Shown here: piece by piece, positions 1 through 11,500 of the stretch
Layout: each line of letters begins with the position of its first letter
How positions within the stretch are numbered: the stretch's first letter is position 1
Assembly (NCBI GenBank): GCA_002269645.1
Contig: NIVC01003873.1
Location: forward strand, 8,747-72,746
Length of the DNA: 64,000 nt
Source: Macrostomum lignano
Taxonomy: Eukaryota
Reading direction: 5' to 3'
Program-made: the position numbers and the translations under genes
Notes under the pieces: model-generated
Told to the model about the DNA's origin: nothing
Seen by the model: the letters and a program-made list of their open reading frames with translations, nothing else
The model's database searches: none

Positions 1-1350
1 TCTCACGATTACCCTCACAAAAACACAGAAGAGAAACTCAAGAAACGGAAAGTCAAGAAAACTTGAGAAAGCATGATAAAGAGAAACTGAACTGGGACGA
101 GATCGCACAAGTACTAACTAACCGATGCAACGCGGCAACAGAAACATGTAGAACAAAGAGGAAGACTATATAGCTAACCTTTAGTCAATCATCCATGCTA
201 GAGAACTGAAAGCAATACATGACAAAATCAATTCATACTAGTCGAGGAAAGCAACATTCTAGCGGAATCGACTACATGAAAGGATATCAAAACAATCTCA
301 AGAGGTGAGAAAAGAACTAAATATAAAACTAAAAGAATGGTGGAAAGAAATAATCTCAGAAAGTATCGCAGCGAGTGAAAGGGATAACCCAAGAATCATG
401 TACAATAACAGGCCATGAAAAAACTAGTGCAGCGAAACAGCAGATTCAACACCAGTTCGAGATCATCTCAACAGAAGACGTTGAAGACCTAATTGAAAAA
501 TGTGATCCAAAAGATGCAAGGTGAAAATCCGTGAAAATTTGAAACTAACGGGGTCTTAAAAGATCCTCGGAGGAGAGACATGCGACGATGAACCTCATAT
601 CAACCGAAGAAGAGATTACTTGACTTGACTCAGCTGCAGGGGTTCCGGGCATCCGGACACTGCGCGGGAAGGCGTTGGCGCCCATTCCGCAAACCACTGG
701 CGACCACGTGTAGCTGGTGCTGCGGTGTTGCGCAGGGAGGTCCAGGAGATTGATAGTCACTCGCCCGTTAGCCCTCAAGTAGCGCAAGAGCTGGCAGAAA
801 TAAAAACGTCAGAGAGGTCCGGGTTTGGGCCGAGGTTGGTGAGCCTGTCTTGCCAGAATAAAGGCGGAACATTCAGAGATGAAGTGCAGCTCCGCATTCT
901 CAACACCGGAGAGGCAGAATGGGCATTCCTCTGTAAGCATTTTTCCTAGAGGTAGCGATGCCTGGCAAAACAGCCATGACCCGAGAGGAAGAGATTAAGC
1001 AAGCAATCAAGAAAGTAAAAGACTCGGTCCCAGGTAAAGATGAGGTCCGCTAGCTATATGTACATCAAAGCAGTTGATAAAAAGAGCAGGTAAATGGGAA
1101 GAAACTCTAAAAACAGGCAATGTTGGCAATTGGCAATCATGACAATGTTCAAGAAGGGCGATAGAAACGACCCAAAACAACTACAGAGGAGTGCGCTTAC
1201 TCCTCTGTACTCCTTGGAGCTTTAATCCACCAATGGACAGCAGAACTCAGAATAATCGCAGACTGAACAGCTGGTAAGAAAAACTGAACATCTTCGACGA
1301 ACATCAGAACTGTTTTAGACGGGGACGCTCAACATTGGATGCCGCACAGT
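1..1350 (+). mobile_element. Degenerate non-LTR retrotransposon (LINE) ORF2 fragments, interrupted by an inverted LINE piece
   Basis: Frameshifted translations give EEIKQAIKKVKDSVPGKDEV (~985-1050), MFKKGDRNDPK-NYRG (~1143-1190) and IFDEHQNCFRRGRSTLD (~1290-1340), matching LINE pre-RT and RT motifs; many stops and indels. Confidence 0.7.
617..955 (-). mobile_element. LINE 3' end (C-terminal CCHC zinc finger plus short TCAAG-repeat tail)
   Basis: Minus strand reads EECPFCLSGVENAELHFISECSAF, an ORF2 C-terminal CCHC motif, then ends in tgagtcaagtcaagtaa. Confidence 0.6.
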
Positions 1351-1900
1351 GCTACTCGTACACTTATTGAAGAAGTCGGAGATAAGAAATCTTGCTCTTC
1401 TTGATGGCTCCAAACGGGCTGACTTTGACGAGGATAACTCTTCCGTCCCAGCTCTGATGCGCGACACAGCCGCTGGTCTTGACCTCCTTTTTGATCAGGG
1501 ACTCAACCAGCGCAGGCAAACAGCAGTTGAGACGGTAGGCTAAGGCGGCGAGCGCGGCGTCGATCCATCAGTCTTTTTTGGACCCGAGCTTTTGCTGAAC
1601 TGATGGGCCGCTGGCATCTGCCGTTGCTTTTGAAGAAAAGGCCGTAGATTGTCTGGCCTCCTGATGTTGGCTGGTTTCTTCCAGAATACATATTGCTGCT
1701 TTTTCTTCGCAGCTCGCCAATGATAAGTGTCGAAATTAAGGTTTAAAATCTAAATCCTTTAGAGACGACAATCGAGCTGACTGGACTCAAGCAGCTGGCA
1801 ACTATACTATGAAAGTGTTTGGATCGGGCGGATATTTTCGCCGCTGCGTCGCTGTCTCCACCGGGAACCGAACGGCGACAGACGAGTCAGTCAGTGTCAA
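1350..1900 (-). mobile_element. Possible LINE 5' region / ORF1 fragment
   Basis: GC-rich, coding-like minus-strand frames (ALVESLIKKEVKTSGCVAHQSW...) adjoining LINE pieces; no diagnostic motif. Confidence 0.3.
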
Positions 1901-2598
1901 TGGGATCGATATTGGGACCTGCAACTGAGCTAAGAAAAAGAGAATTGAAGAGGTTTCAGTTCAGTCTAGAAATTAATGGTTCGAGCATTTAGAAAAATAG
2001 AATTGTTATCAGCTATGAGTGTACCTGTAATAAGTGATTCTGACATGCTGATATTTTCAGCACTTGCCTTTAATACATATGTTCCCCAATTAATTTTAAT
2101 TAACTTCTACGAGCTACAGCACAAATAGATTTTTAACGCAAAAAATGCAACCATTTCTGACTTTGCGCACTGCATGCCTCCATTTGATCTTCAGTGAGAG
2201 TTCAGTCTGCCATATCTACAATAGTATATGAGACCCGGTTTCATATAATGCACAAGGTTTATGTACACACAGTATGCTTTCACCTAATCCTGTTTCTATT
2301 TCCTGCTTTAGTTTTGCACAGATGCACTACGCTAGTACTCTACAAATAAATGTCTTTAAAAAAGTAATCGTCACTTCATTTGCCACAGACAAATAGGTAT
2401 AGACAAAAAAGATACAGATACATGACAGCCAGACATAAGGACAGTCACGTCTGTCAGCCTAAGCCTATACTTAACTTCTCTAAAAGTGACGAACATAAGA
2501 TAAAAATATATCGCTGATTGATGGCATTGGCTCTTTAGCGTTTATATTTTTGTCGCATATTAAAGCAAACAGATCTTATCCTATTTAGCAACTACACA

Positions 2599-3108
2599 TC
2601 AGATCAAACTTTGGTAATTAAGCTGCACACTCGAGTCAGCCAGTTCACCTTCCCGCGATCGTTCGGGTAAAGCTAGACTTCGATTTTCGAAGCTCGACTG
2701 CCTAGCAACCAGTTTGCAGCTCCGTCTACGCTCAGCCAGCTCCTCTTCGAGTTTAATAATTGGAGCCTGGCGGAGGTAGGCCACGATCTCTCTGTCCAGG
2801 TCGTGCTTTGCTGCCCGGCGTCCGACATGCGACAAGATCATGAAGAATATGGCCATGGCGTACACTGTAACCACGGCAACCACGAATAGCATGGCTCCTT
2901 TATGATCGGAAATTTTGCTAGGAGTAAAGGACTCTGGACTGACAGTGATTGCTGCAGAGTGTCTCGGGACTGATCGCGCCGATTCTAGCAGTTCAACCAA
3001 TCGATTGCTAATTGTACTTTTTGCTGGCTGACGAGTGCTTGATTGTTGATAATCAACAAATGAGTTCGAAATGTTGAGCAGCTGATGCAATCTAAGCCTA
3101 GGGTGCAT
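2599..3108 (-). CDS. Single-pass membrane protein, KCNE/MinK-like topology
   Basis: 169-aa intronless ORF; N-terminal N-glycosylation sequon NIS, no signal peptide, one TM (AMLFVVAVVTVYAMAIFFMIL), then SHVGRRAAKHDLDREIVAYL and a charged tail. Confidence 0.7.
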   Translation of the reverse strand: MHPRLRLHQLLNISNSFVDYQQSSTRQPAKSTISNRLVELLESARSVPRHSAAITVSPESFTPSKISDHKGAMLFVVAVVTVYAMAIFFMILSHVGRRAAKHDLDREIVAYLRQAPIIKLEEELAERRRSCKLVARQSSFENRSLALPERSREGELADSSVQLNYQSLI

Positions 3109-3565
3109 GATTGAAACCTCTAATTGTAAAGGAGTCTACAGTTTCTACTGAGTTGAAATGTCGCAAATATATACTGCAGCATTTATTCACTAAACACACT
3201 GCAGTGTTCATGCAACCCATGTATGGTAGCACACATGGCTTTAGCTACTGAGTGCATCATGCATGCTGCAAGTGAAACTACGCTCGTAGTACAATTTCAA
3301 ATCGCTGCACACGGCGCTAGATGTAATTTTTTTAACTGCGGATTGCATTTAACCAGTAATGGAAGCGCGCATTTCCTGTTTACTTCATCTATATAGCGAC
3401 TGTCCGTCCCCTGCCTCTGCAGGACGTTTTGCTGCAATTTACGACTTACAGGAAAGAGGCGACACAAATTTTGTTTCTAAGAAACTTTATGAAGGCTGGT
3501 TAGAAATCTTTATTTGCCAAAGCAAGTTTTTCAGCTAGCTAAGCTTTTTAATTGAATTCTTAAAC

Positions 3566-3850
3566 CACGGGGCTTGGCAAACTTTTTACCGCAATGGCCA
3601 AATAGAGAACCCGGCGTTGCTACGGGCCTGGAGCAAAAAAGGAAGGCAAGGAAATAAATGAGAGAAAAGAGGAGAGTAAAGGAGAGGAGGGAGGAGAGAT
3701 GGGAGAGGAGAGAAGAGGGTACGAGAAAGGAGAGGAGAGAAAAGGAGAGATGAGAGGAGAGCTGAGAAGAGACATAAACCTTGAGCAGGCTAGATTGCTA
3801 TTGTGAAGTTTCAAAGGACCCGAAGGCCGAAGAGGTTTTGCGGACCGCAG
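3566..3850. mobile_element. hAT-like MITE with GA-rich core
   Basis: Left end cacggggcttggcaaac, right end gtttgcggaccgcag (degenerate CAGGGG..GCAAAC TIRs); 3760-3850 matches the reverse complement of ~61750-61870. Confidence 0.55.
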
Positions 3851-4804
3851 CATTTATAATATACAGAAGATGTCTAGTAAAAAAATGCATCCAATAAAAA
3901 ACCATCACTACAAAAACTTCTTGTACCGAAAAATAAAAAGTACCTATATTTGGATAGTATGGTACTCTTGTATTTTCTCTAAGAAACGAAGTGCCGGTCT
4001 GCTTGGCCTTCCATTTTTCCAACTTAATCTTCCACGATATTAATTTTGAGTACATTACCTAACTGTTAAAGGTTTGACAAGCTAACGAATGCAGTCTTAC
4101 AATAAAATTAAAAAAGGCAGTTACAATAAACTTGCCTTATTTAAATTCTCTGAACCAATTTAGGCAAAAGAGAAAAAAACCTTATCAAATAAAGAAACTA
4201 ACGCACTATATACTACGCGTTTATTGCTACTGAATCAATAGAAAATCAACTCAGTAGTATATGCAGTATAGTCATTCTATATAGAAAAGTTGGTACATGA
4301 AATATTATTTAACACGCAATTGAATCTTGAATAGGCGAAATTTATACCAAAACTTCTTTCTTACAACCCAAACCTGCAAGTAAGGAAAAATACAAGGGAA
4401 CAAAACAAAAATTTGTGGCCACAACTTACCGCATGTAATTAAAAATACAGTCTCAACACAGCGGACATTAGTTGGACATTTCAGAATTGGTGACAGCAGA
4501 GTGAATGAAATAAATTTCAACAAAAGAAAACGCAGATTTCTTATATTTGTGACGAATTCAGTAAGGTCGCAATAAGGCTTGACAAGGAAACACATTGTAC
4601 CCTGATTAAAACCATTCAGTTGCATATAGATTAAATAAAACTTTCTGTATTCAGAGCTGATTGAGAAATTGGCGAAAAACGTTTAAAACAAAATGTGCGA
4701 ATTAAAACCAACACGGCCGTGTTTCATTAGGCATGCATAGAAATCTCTCCATGAGCTATATTTCACAAATATGAAATATTAATATAATCACCTATTTGAG
4801 AGAT

Positions 4805-5450
4805 CTAATTTAGGTCACTCTGAATACCCATTATGATATCTAATTTAGGTCACTCTGAATACCCATTATGATATCTAATTTAGGTCACTCTGAATACCCA
4901 TTATGATATCTAATTTAGGTCACTCTGAATACCCATTATGATATCTAATTTAGGTCACTCTGAATACACATTAGGGAGATCTAATTTAGGTCACTCTGAA
5001 TACCCATTATGATATCTAATTTAGGTCACTCTGAATACACATTAGGGAGATCTAATTTAGGTCACTCTGAATACCCATTATGATATCTAATTTAGGTCAC
5101 TCTGAATGCCCATCATGATATCTAATTTAGGTCACTCTGAATGCCCATCATGATATCTAATTTAGGTCACTCTGAATACACATTAGGGAGATCTAATTTA
5201 GGTCACTCTGAATACCCATTATGATATCTAATTTAGGTCACTCTGAATGCCCATCATGATATCTAATTTAGGTCACTCTGAATGCCCATCATGATATCTA
5301 ATTTAGGTCACTCTGAATGCCCATCATGATATCTAATTTAGGTCACTCTGAATACACATTAGGGAGATCTAATTTAGGTCACTCTGAATACCCATTATGA
5401 TATCTAATTTAAGTCACTCTGAATACCCATTATGATATCTAATTTAAGTC
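4805..5450. repeat. 35/36-bp minisatellite, ~18 copies
   Basis: Unit ctaatttaggtcactctgaatacccattatgatat with three recurring tail variants. Confidence 0.97.
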
Positions 5451-5559
5451 AGTTAGAATAATACCTAAAAAATTAATTAGAAGAGGCATATCTAAAGATG
5501 AGCTTGTAAAAAACCCACCAGTAAAAGTCAGTCAATCAGTAATACGCTCGTATCACTGT

Positions 5560-8500
5560 TTAAATTAAAGCCCTGCCTTCCTCATTAGCAGCCACAGCAG
5601 ATTCTGACTCATCCCTGCCTCGCTGGTTGCCAATAGCAACATTCTCAACCGGCTTATCCAACAGCACATTATCATGTTTTTTCTTTCTCCTAGGCGGGGG
5701 CGGTCGCAGTACCATTGTTGAAGAAGACTCGATATTCGAAGCTCCGGCACTATGAACAGCTCTTGTACCAGATACAGTTGATTGTTTGAACTTTGAATTA
5801 GTCGTCGACAATGTCATATTATTCAAATTTTCAGTAGTATTATTATCGCCCGTTCGAGTTGTTTGATTTGCAACAATATTAACCGTTGAAGGCTGAGTAG
5901 CATTAATCAACAATAACTTAGTAGTACTATTAGTACGACTAATAGGTCTTGACATTGCTTCTAGAGCATCGATTCGTTTCTGCAGCAGTTTCTCGCTAGC
6001 TAGAGCTCTTTCCAGTTGCTTGTGCAGAAGCACCAGTGCGTCGCTGTCATTAGCCACTCGTTCCTGTTGTCGCTTCTTTAATTCGTTATTCTCTCGCTCT
6101 AGGCCAGTTCGTAGCTCAGTCAGCTGTTTAACTTGGCTCTCCAAATCTACTACTCGTTCATTGGACTGGCGAACTTGATCGCTGGAGTCCGATAGAGACT
6201 TTTTAGCGGCCGAACGGGATGCGTCTAGCGCTGCGAATTGAATGAATTGATAATTTAACTATTAACTATGAACTATCAACTGTAAGTTAGCAATCTGAAT
6301 ATCTAGGGACTGGGGCTTTCTAAGAATCTAAATATCTAGGGACTGAGGCTTTCTAAGAATCTGAATATCTAGGGACTGAGGCTTTCTAAGAATCTGAATA
6401 TCTAGGGACTGAGGCTTTCTAAGAATCTGAATATCTAGGGACTGGGGCTTTCTAAGAATCTGAATATCTAGGGACTGAGGCTTTCTAAGAATCTGAATAT
6501 CTAGGGACTGAGGCTTTCTAAGAATCTGAATATCTAGGGACTGGGGCTTTCTAAGAATCTGAATATCTAGGGACTGGGGCTTTCTAAGAATCTGAATATC
6601 TAGGGACTGAGGCTTTCTAAGAATCTGAATATCTAGGGACTGGGGCTTTCTAAGAATCTAAATATCTAGGGACTGAGGCTTTCTAAGAATCTGAATATCT
6701 AGGGACTGAGGCTTTCTAAGAATCTGAATATCTAGGGACTGAGGCTTTCTAAGAATCTAAATATCTAGGGACTGAGGCTTTCTAAGAATCTGAATATCTA
6801 GGGACTGGGGCTTTCTAAGAATCTGAATATCTAGGGACTGGGACTTTCTAAGAATCTGAATATCTAGGGACTGGGACTTTCTAAGAATCTGAATACCTAG
6901 GGACTGGGGCTTTCTAAGAATCTGAATATCTAGGGACTGGGACTTTCTAAGAATCTGGATATCTAGGGACTGGGACTTTCTAACAATCTGGATATCTAGG
7001 GACTGGGAGTTTCTAAGAATCTGAATATCTTGGGACTGGGACTTTCTAAGAATCTGAATATCTAGGGACTGGGACTTTCTAAGAATCTGAATACCTAGGG
7101 ACTGGGGCTTTCTAAGAATCTGTATATCTAGGGACTGGGACTTTCTAAGAATCTGGATATCTAGGGACTGGGAGTTTCTAAGAATCTGAATATCTTGGGA
7201 CTGGGACTTTCTAAGAATCTGAATCTCTAGAAACTTGGGCTTTCTAAGAATCTAAATATCTAGGAAATGGCTCTTTCTAGGATTTTGAATATCCAGCGAC
7301 TGGGATTCTAAGAGTCTAAATGTATATAAGGCCTGCATAATTAATTTGTTGTTGTAGGTGATATATTTATGCATATTCATGGTCACTGATACACAAACAA
7401 TACAGTACACATGCAAGGTTAAAAAATACAATTTCACCTGTTTGCAGATCAGTCGCACGTTTCTTTTCATTCTCAAACTTTATTCCCCACTGCTGTTTTC
7501 GTTCGGTACATTCTAAAAAAATTGAAACATTTTTTATTAATAAAAAAGTAATTGTTAATTTACTATAATATGCAAATTATGATTATTATAGCCTCTAGTT
7601 GTAGTATAGTTTTAGTTAAGATAAAGTCCAATTTTAAATGGGATTAAAACAATGTCGATTTAGGATAAAAATCCTAGCTAATTATTGCTTTTACTGAGAT
7701 CCCTAAAATGTTAAACAGCCTAATTTGCATATAAAAATAGGTCTTTTTAAAGTATTTACACCATATATATTTTGAATATATCCAAGTTGATAAGTTGATG
7801 ATATACAAATTTTGCGACTGTCCTTGGGCTTTTTTTAGTCATGGAATAGCAAACATGCACTGGGAACTGTACTTGCTTGAACAATAAGGCAGGTTCAATG
7901 AAATAATTATAAATACATACACTTTGCAAGAACACAGAGTGCCCTTTTCCAGATTCTGTGATTTTTGCCTCAGATTAGTTGATGATTGCTTGATTGCTTG
8001 ATGATTAGCCTGGTGCCAATTAGCTTTGGGGCATTTAAGTTGTGAAGTAGCATAGTTGGTGCACCCACTTTTAACTGAAGAGATATTTCCAGCGGCTCTA
8101 GAGCAGGGATTAGCAAACTTTTTTTCCTCAAGGGCCAGATGACAATACAGCTTATGGTTGTGTTTCTGATGAGAGTGGAAAGTAGAGGTAATAGAAGATG
8201 AGAGATGAGAGATGGATGAAAGAAAAGATAGAAGAAAAAAGGAGAGAAGAGTGGAGAAAGGAGAAGTGGTAAAGAAGTTGGGGGAGATGGGAGAGGGGAG
8301 AGAGGAAGAGAAGAAATGAGAAAAGAAGGAAGAGAGAAGAGAGGAGAGAGGAGAGAGGAGTGAGGAATGAGAAGAGGGGATAGAGAGAAGAGAAAGAAAG
8401 TGGTCTCCAGGCCAGAGTTTGCAAACCCTGCTTTAGAGCTTAGAACTCAACAGGAAATTGTTGGCACCAGCTGCTAGTGTCAATGATCTTGTCTATGGTT

Positions 8501-11500
8501 AAAGCTTCTATTTTCTGGATTCGCTCCCCTTCTGTCACACTTGCACTCAACCTGGTCTGTGCAGAGCTACCTGTGTTGTCTGCTATCTCTGTGCTGTGAC
8601 AATCTGACGTTACTGCAGCACCAAAATGACCTGATAATATGGCATTCTTAGAAGGAATTTAAGTACAAGGTATCACTAGTATAAGCTGACTAATGCATAC
8701 AACGATATATGCCGTGTAACAGGGGCATAGCAGCACCGCCGTGGAGAAGTACATTGGAGTGTCCGTAAACCAACAGAGAATGATCAGCGAGACGCTCAGG
8801 ATGACGTCTGGAGTAGCGACAACAACACCTGCACCTACAGCTCCGCCGGATGCCATCTCAATGTCTGCTGTTGACACTGCGACCCCCAAAAAGAAGATGC
8901 GACTAGCCCAGTGGAAAAAAATATCCGGGCGACGTCGTACGATGTCCGCCCCGAGTCGCCCCAAAATTTCTGAATAAAAATCCGGGATGCTTTAAAATAG
9001 TTTTTTAAGTTCGTAGTGCGAAGACAGAATAAGTAAACATGTCATATTTTCGTAAATGCTTGTGCTTTAGGTTTTGTGTCTTACAATCCGCCCTCAAGTT
9101 CGCCCACCGGACGCTAGACGACGCTAGTTTTGTATTCGCATAATAGGGTCTATTTTAAGCGTTTCAATTAGCAGCATTCTATGAGCACAGAAGGGCCTAA
9201 CTGTGGTGCTTAAGTTTTCATTTTTGTGCAGGCATTTAATTCTTAATGTTTCACTAATTCTTAATTCATCCATGATGGACCTTGAAATTAGAAAATTTCA
9301 TGACATAGTAAGGCAACACTTAAAATATACGCATTTCACTACTTTGCTGTGTGAAAAGTAGTATCGCGTGTGTCTCGACACTTACGCTTGAAGACAATAG
9401 CAATATAGTTTTACGTATAGGACTTTCTGGAATTAAAGACCTGATAGTAAAGACCGACTCTTTCTCTTTGCAAGAGAAAACGGCAGCAGTTTGTCACACG
9501 TTGACTAGACATCCGCCATAGCTATAAGACAGACATTGCATCATATTAAATTCCTATACATTTAAATGGGGAAATCCAGGAAAATCAATCAGAAATTGCC
9601 AAGCTGTATCAATAGACTCAGATATGAGATTGTACACATCATTAGAGTGTGCCAGTCGGTGTCACCCGCAGAAAGAATCGTGTGTCTAGCTTAATCTGCT
9701 TTCCAGATATTCGCAGGCGGAGATTCCGGAAAATTCCTATACATTTAAATGGGGAAATCCAGGAAAATCAATCAGAAATTGCCAAGCTGTATCAATAGAC
9801 TCAGATATGAGATTGTACACATCATTAGAGTGTGCCAGTCGGTGTCACCCGCAGAAAGAATCGTGTGTCTAGCTCAATCTGCTTTCCAGATATTCGAGGG
9901 CGGAGATTCCGGAAAATTCCTATACATTTAAATGGGGAAATCCAGGAAAATCAATCAGAAATTGCCAAGCTGTATCAATAGACTCAGATATGAGATTGTA
10001 CACATCATTAGAGTGTGCCAGTCGGTGTCACCCGCAGAAAGAATCGTGTGTCTAGCTTAATCTGCTTTCCATATATCCGCAGGCGGAGATTCCGGAAAAT
10101 TCCTATACATTTAAATGGGGAAATCCAGGAAAATCAATCAAAAATTGCCAAGCTGTATCAATAGACTTAGATATGAGATTGTACACATCATTAGAGTGTG
10201 CCAGTCGGTGTCACCCGCAGAAAGAATCGTGTGTCTAGCTTAATCTGCTTTCCAGATATTCGCAGGCGGAGATTCCGGAAAATTCCTATACATTTAAATG
10301 GGGAAATCCAGGAAAATCAATCAGAAATTGCCAAGCTGTATCAATAGACTCAGATATGAGATTGTACACATCATTAGAGTGTGCCAGTCGGTGTCACCCG
10401 CAGAAAGAATCGTGTGTCTAGCTTAATCTGCTTTCCATATATCCGCAGGCGGAGATTCCGGAAAATTCCTATACATTTAAATGGGGAAATCCAGGAAAAT
10501 CAATCAGAAATTGCCAAGCTGTATCAATAGACTCAGATATGAGATTGTACACATCATTAGAGTGTGCCAGTCGGTGTCACCCGCAGAAAGAATCGTGTGT
10601 CTAGCTTAATCTGCTTTCCATATATCCGCAGGCGGAGATTCCGGAAAATTCCTATACATTTAAATGGGGAAATCCAGGAAAATCAATCAGAAATTGCCAA
10701 GCTGTATCAATAGACTCAGATATGAGATTGTACACATCATTAGAGTGTGCCAGTCGGTGTCACCTGCAGAAAGAATCGTGTGTCTAGCTTAATCTGCTTT
10801 CCAGATATTCGCAGGCGGAGATTCCGGAAAATTCCTATACATTTAAATGGGTAAATCCAGGAAAATCAATCAGAAATTGCCAAGCTGTATCAATAGACTC
10901 AGATATGAGATTGCACACATCATTAGAGTGTGCCAGTCGGTGTCACCCGCAGAAAGAATCGTGTGTCTAGCTTAATCTGCTTTCCATATATCCGCAGGCG
11001 GAGATTCCGGAAAATTCCTATACATTTAAATGGGGAAATCCAGGAAAATCAATCAGAAATTGCCAAGCTGTATCAATAGACTCAGATATGAGATTGTACA
11101 CATCATTAGAGTGTGCCAGTCGGTGTCACCCGCAGAAAGAATCGTGTGTCTAGCTTAATCTGCTTTCCAGATATTCGCAGGCGGAGATTCCGGAAAATTC
11201 CTATACATTTAAATGGGGAAATCCAGGAAAATCAATCAGAAATTGCCAAGCTGTATCAATAGACTCAGATATGAGATTGTACACATCATTAGAGTGTGCC
11301 AGTCGGTGTCACCCGCAGAAAGAATCGTGTGTCTAGCTCAATCTGCTTTCCAGATATTCGAGGCGGAGATTCCGGAAAATTCCTATACATTTAAATGGGG
11401 AAATCCAGGAAAATCAATCAGAAATTGCCAAGCTGTATCAATAGACTCAGATATGAGATTGTACACATCATTAGAGTGTGCCAGTCGGTGTCACCCGCAG

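Noticed and set aside
4805-5450. CRISPR-like array, and similarity of ATTTAGGTCACT to the SP6 promoter
   Set aside because: Only three recurring tail variants rather than unique spacers; no cas genes; eukaryotic context; the SP6 match is partial and coincidental.
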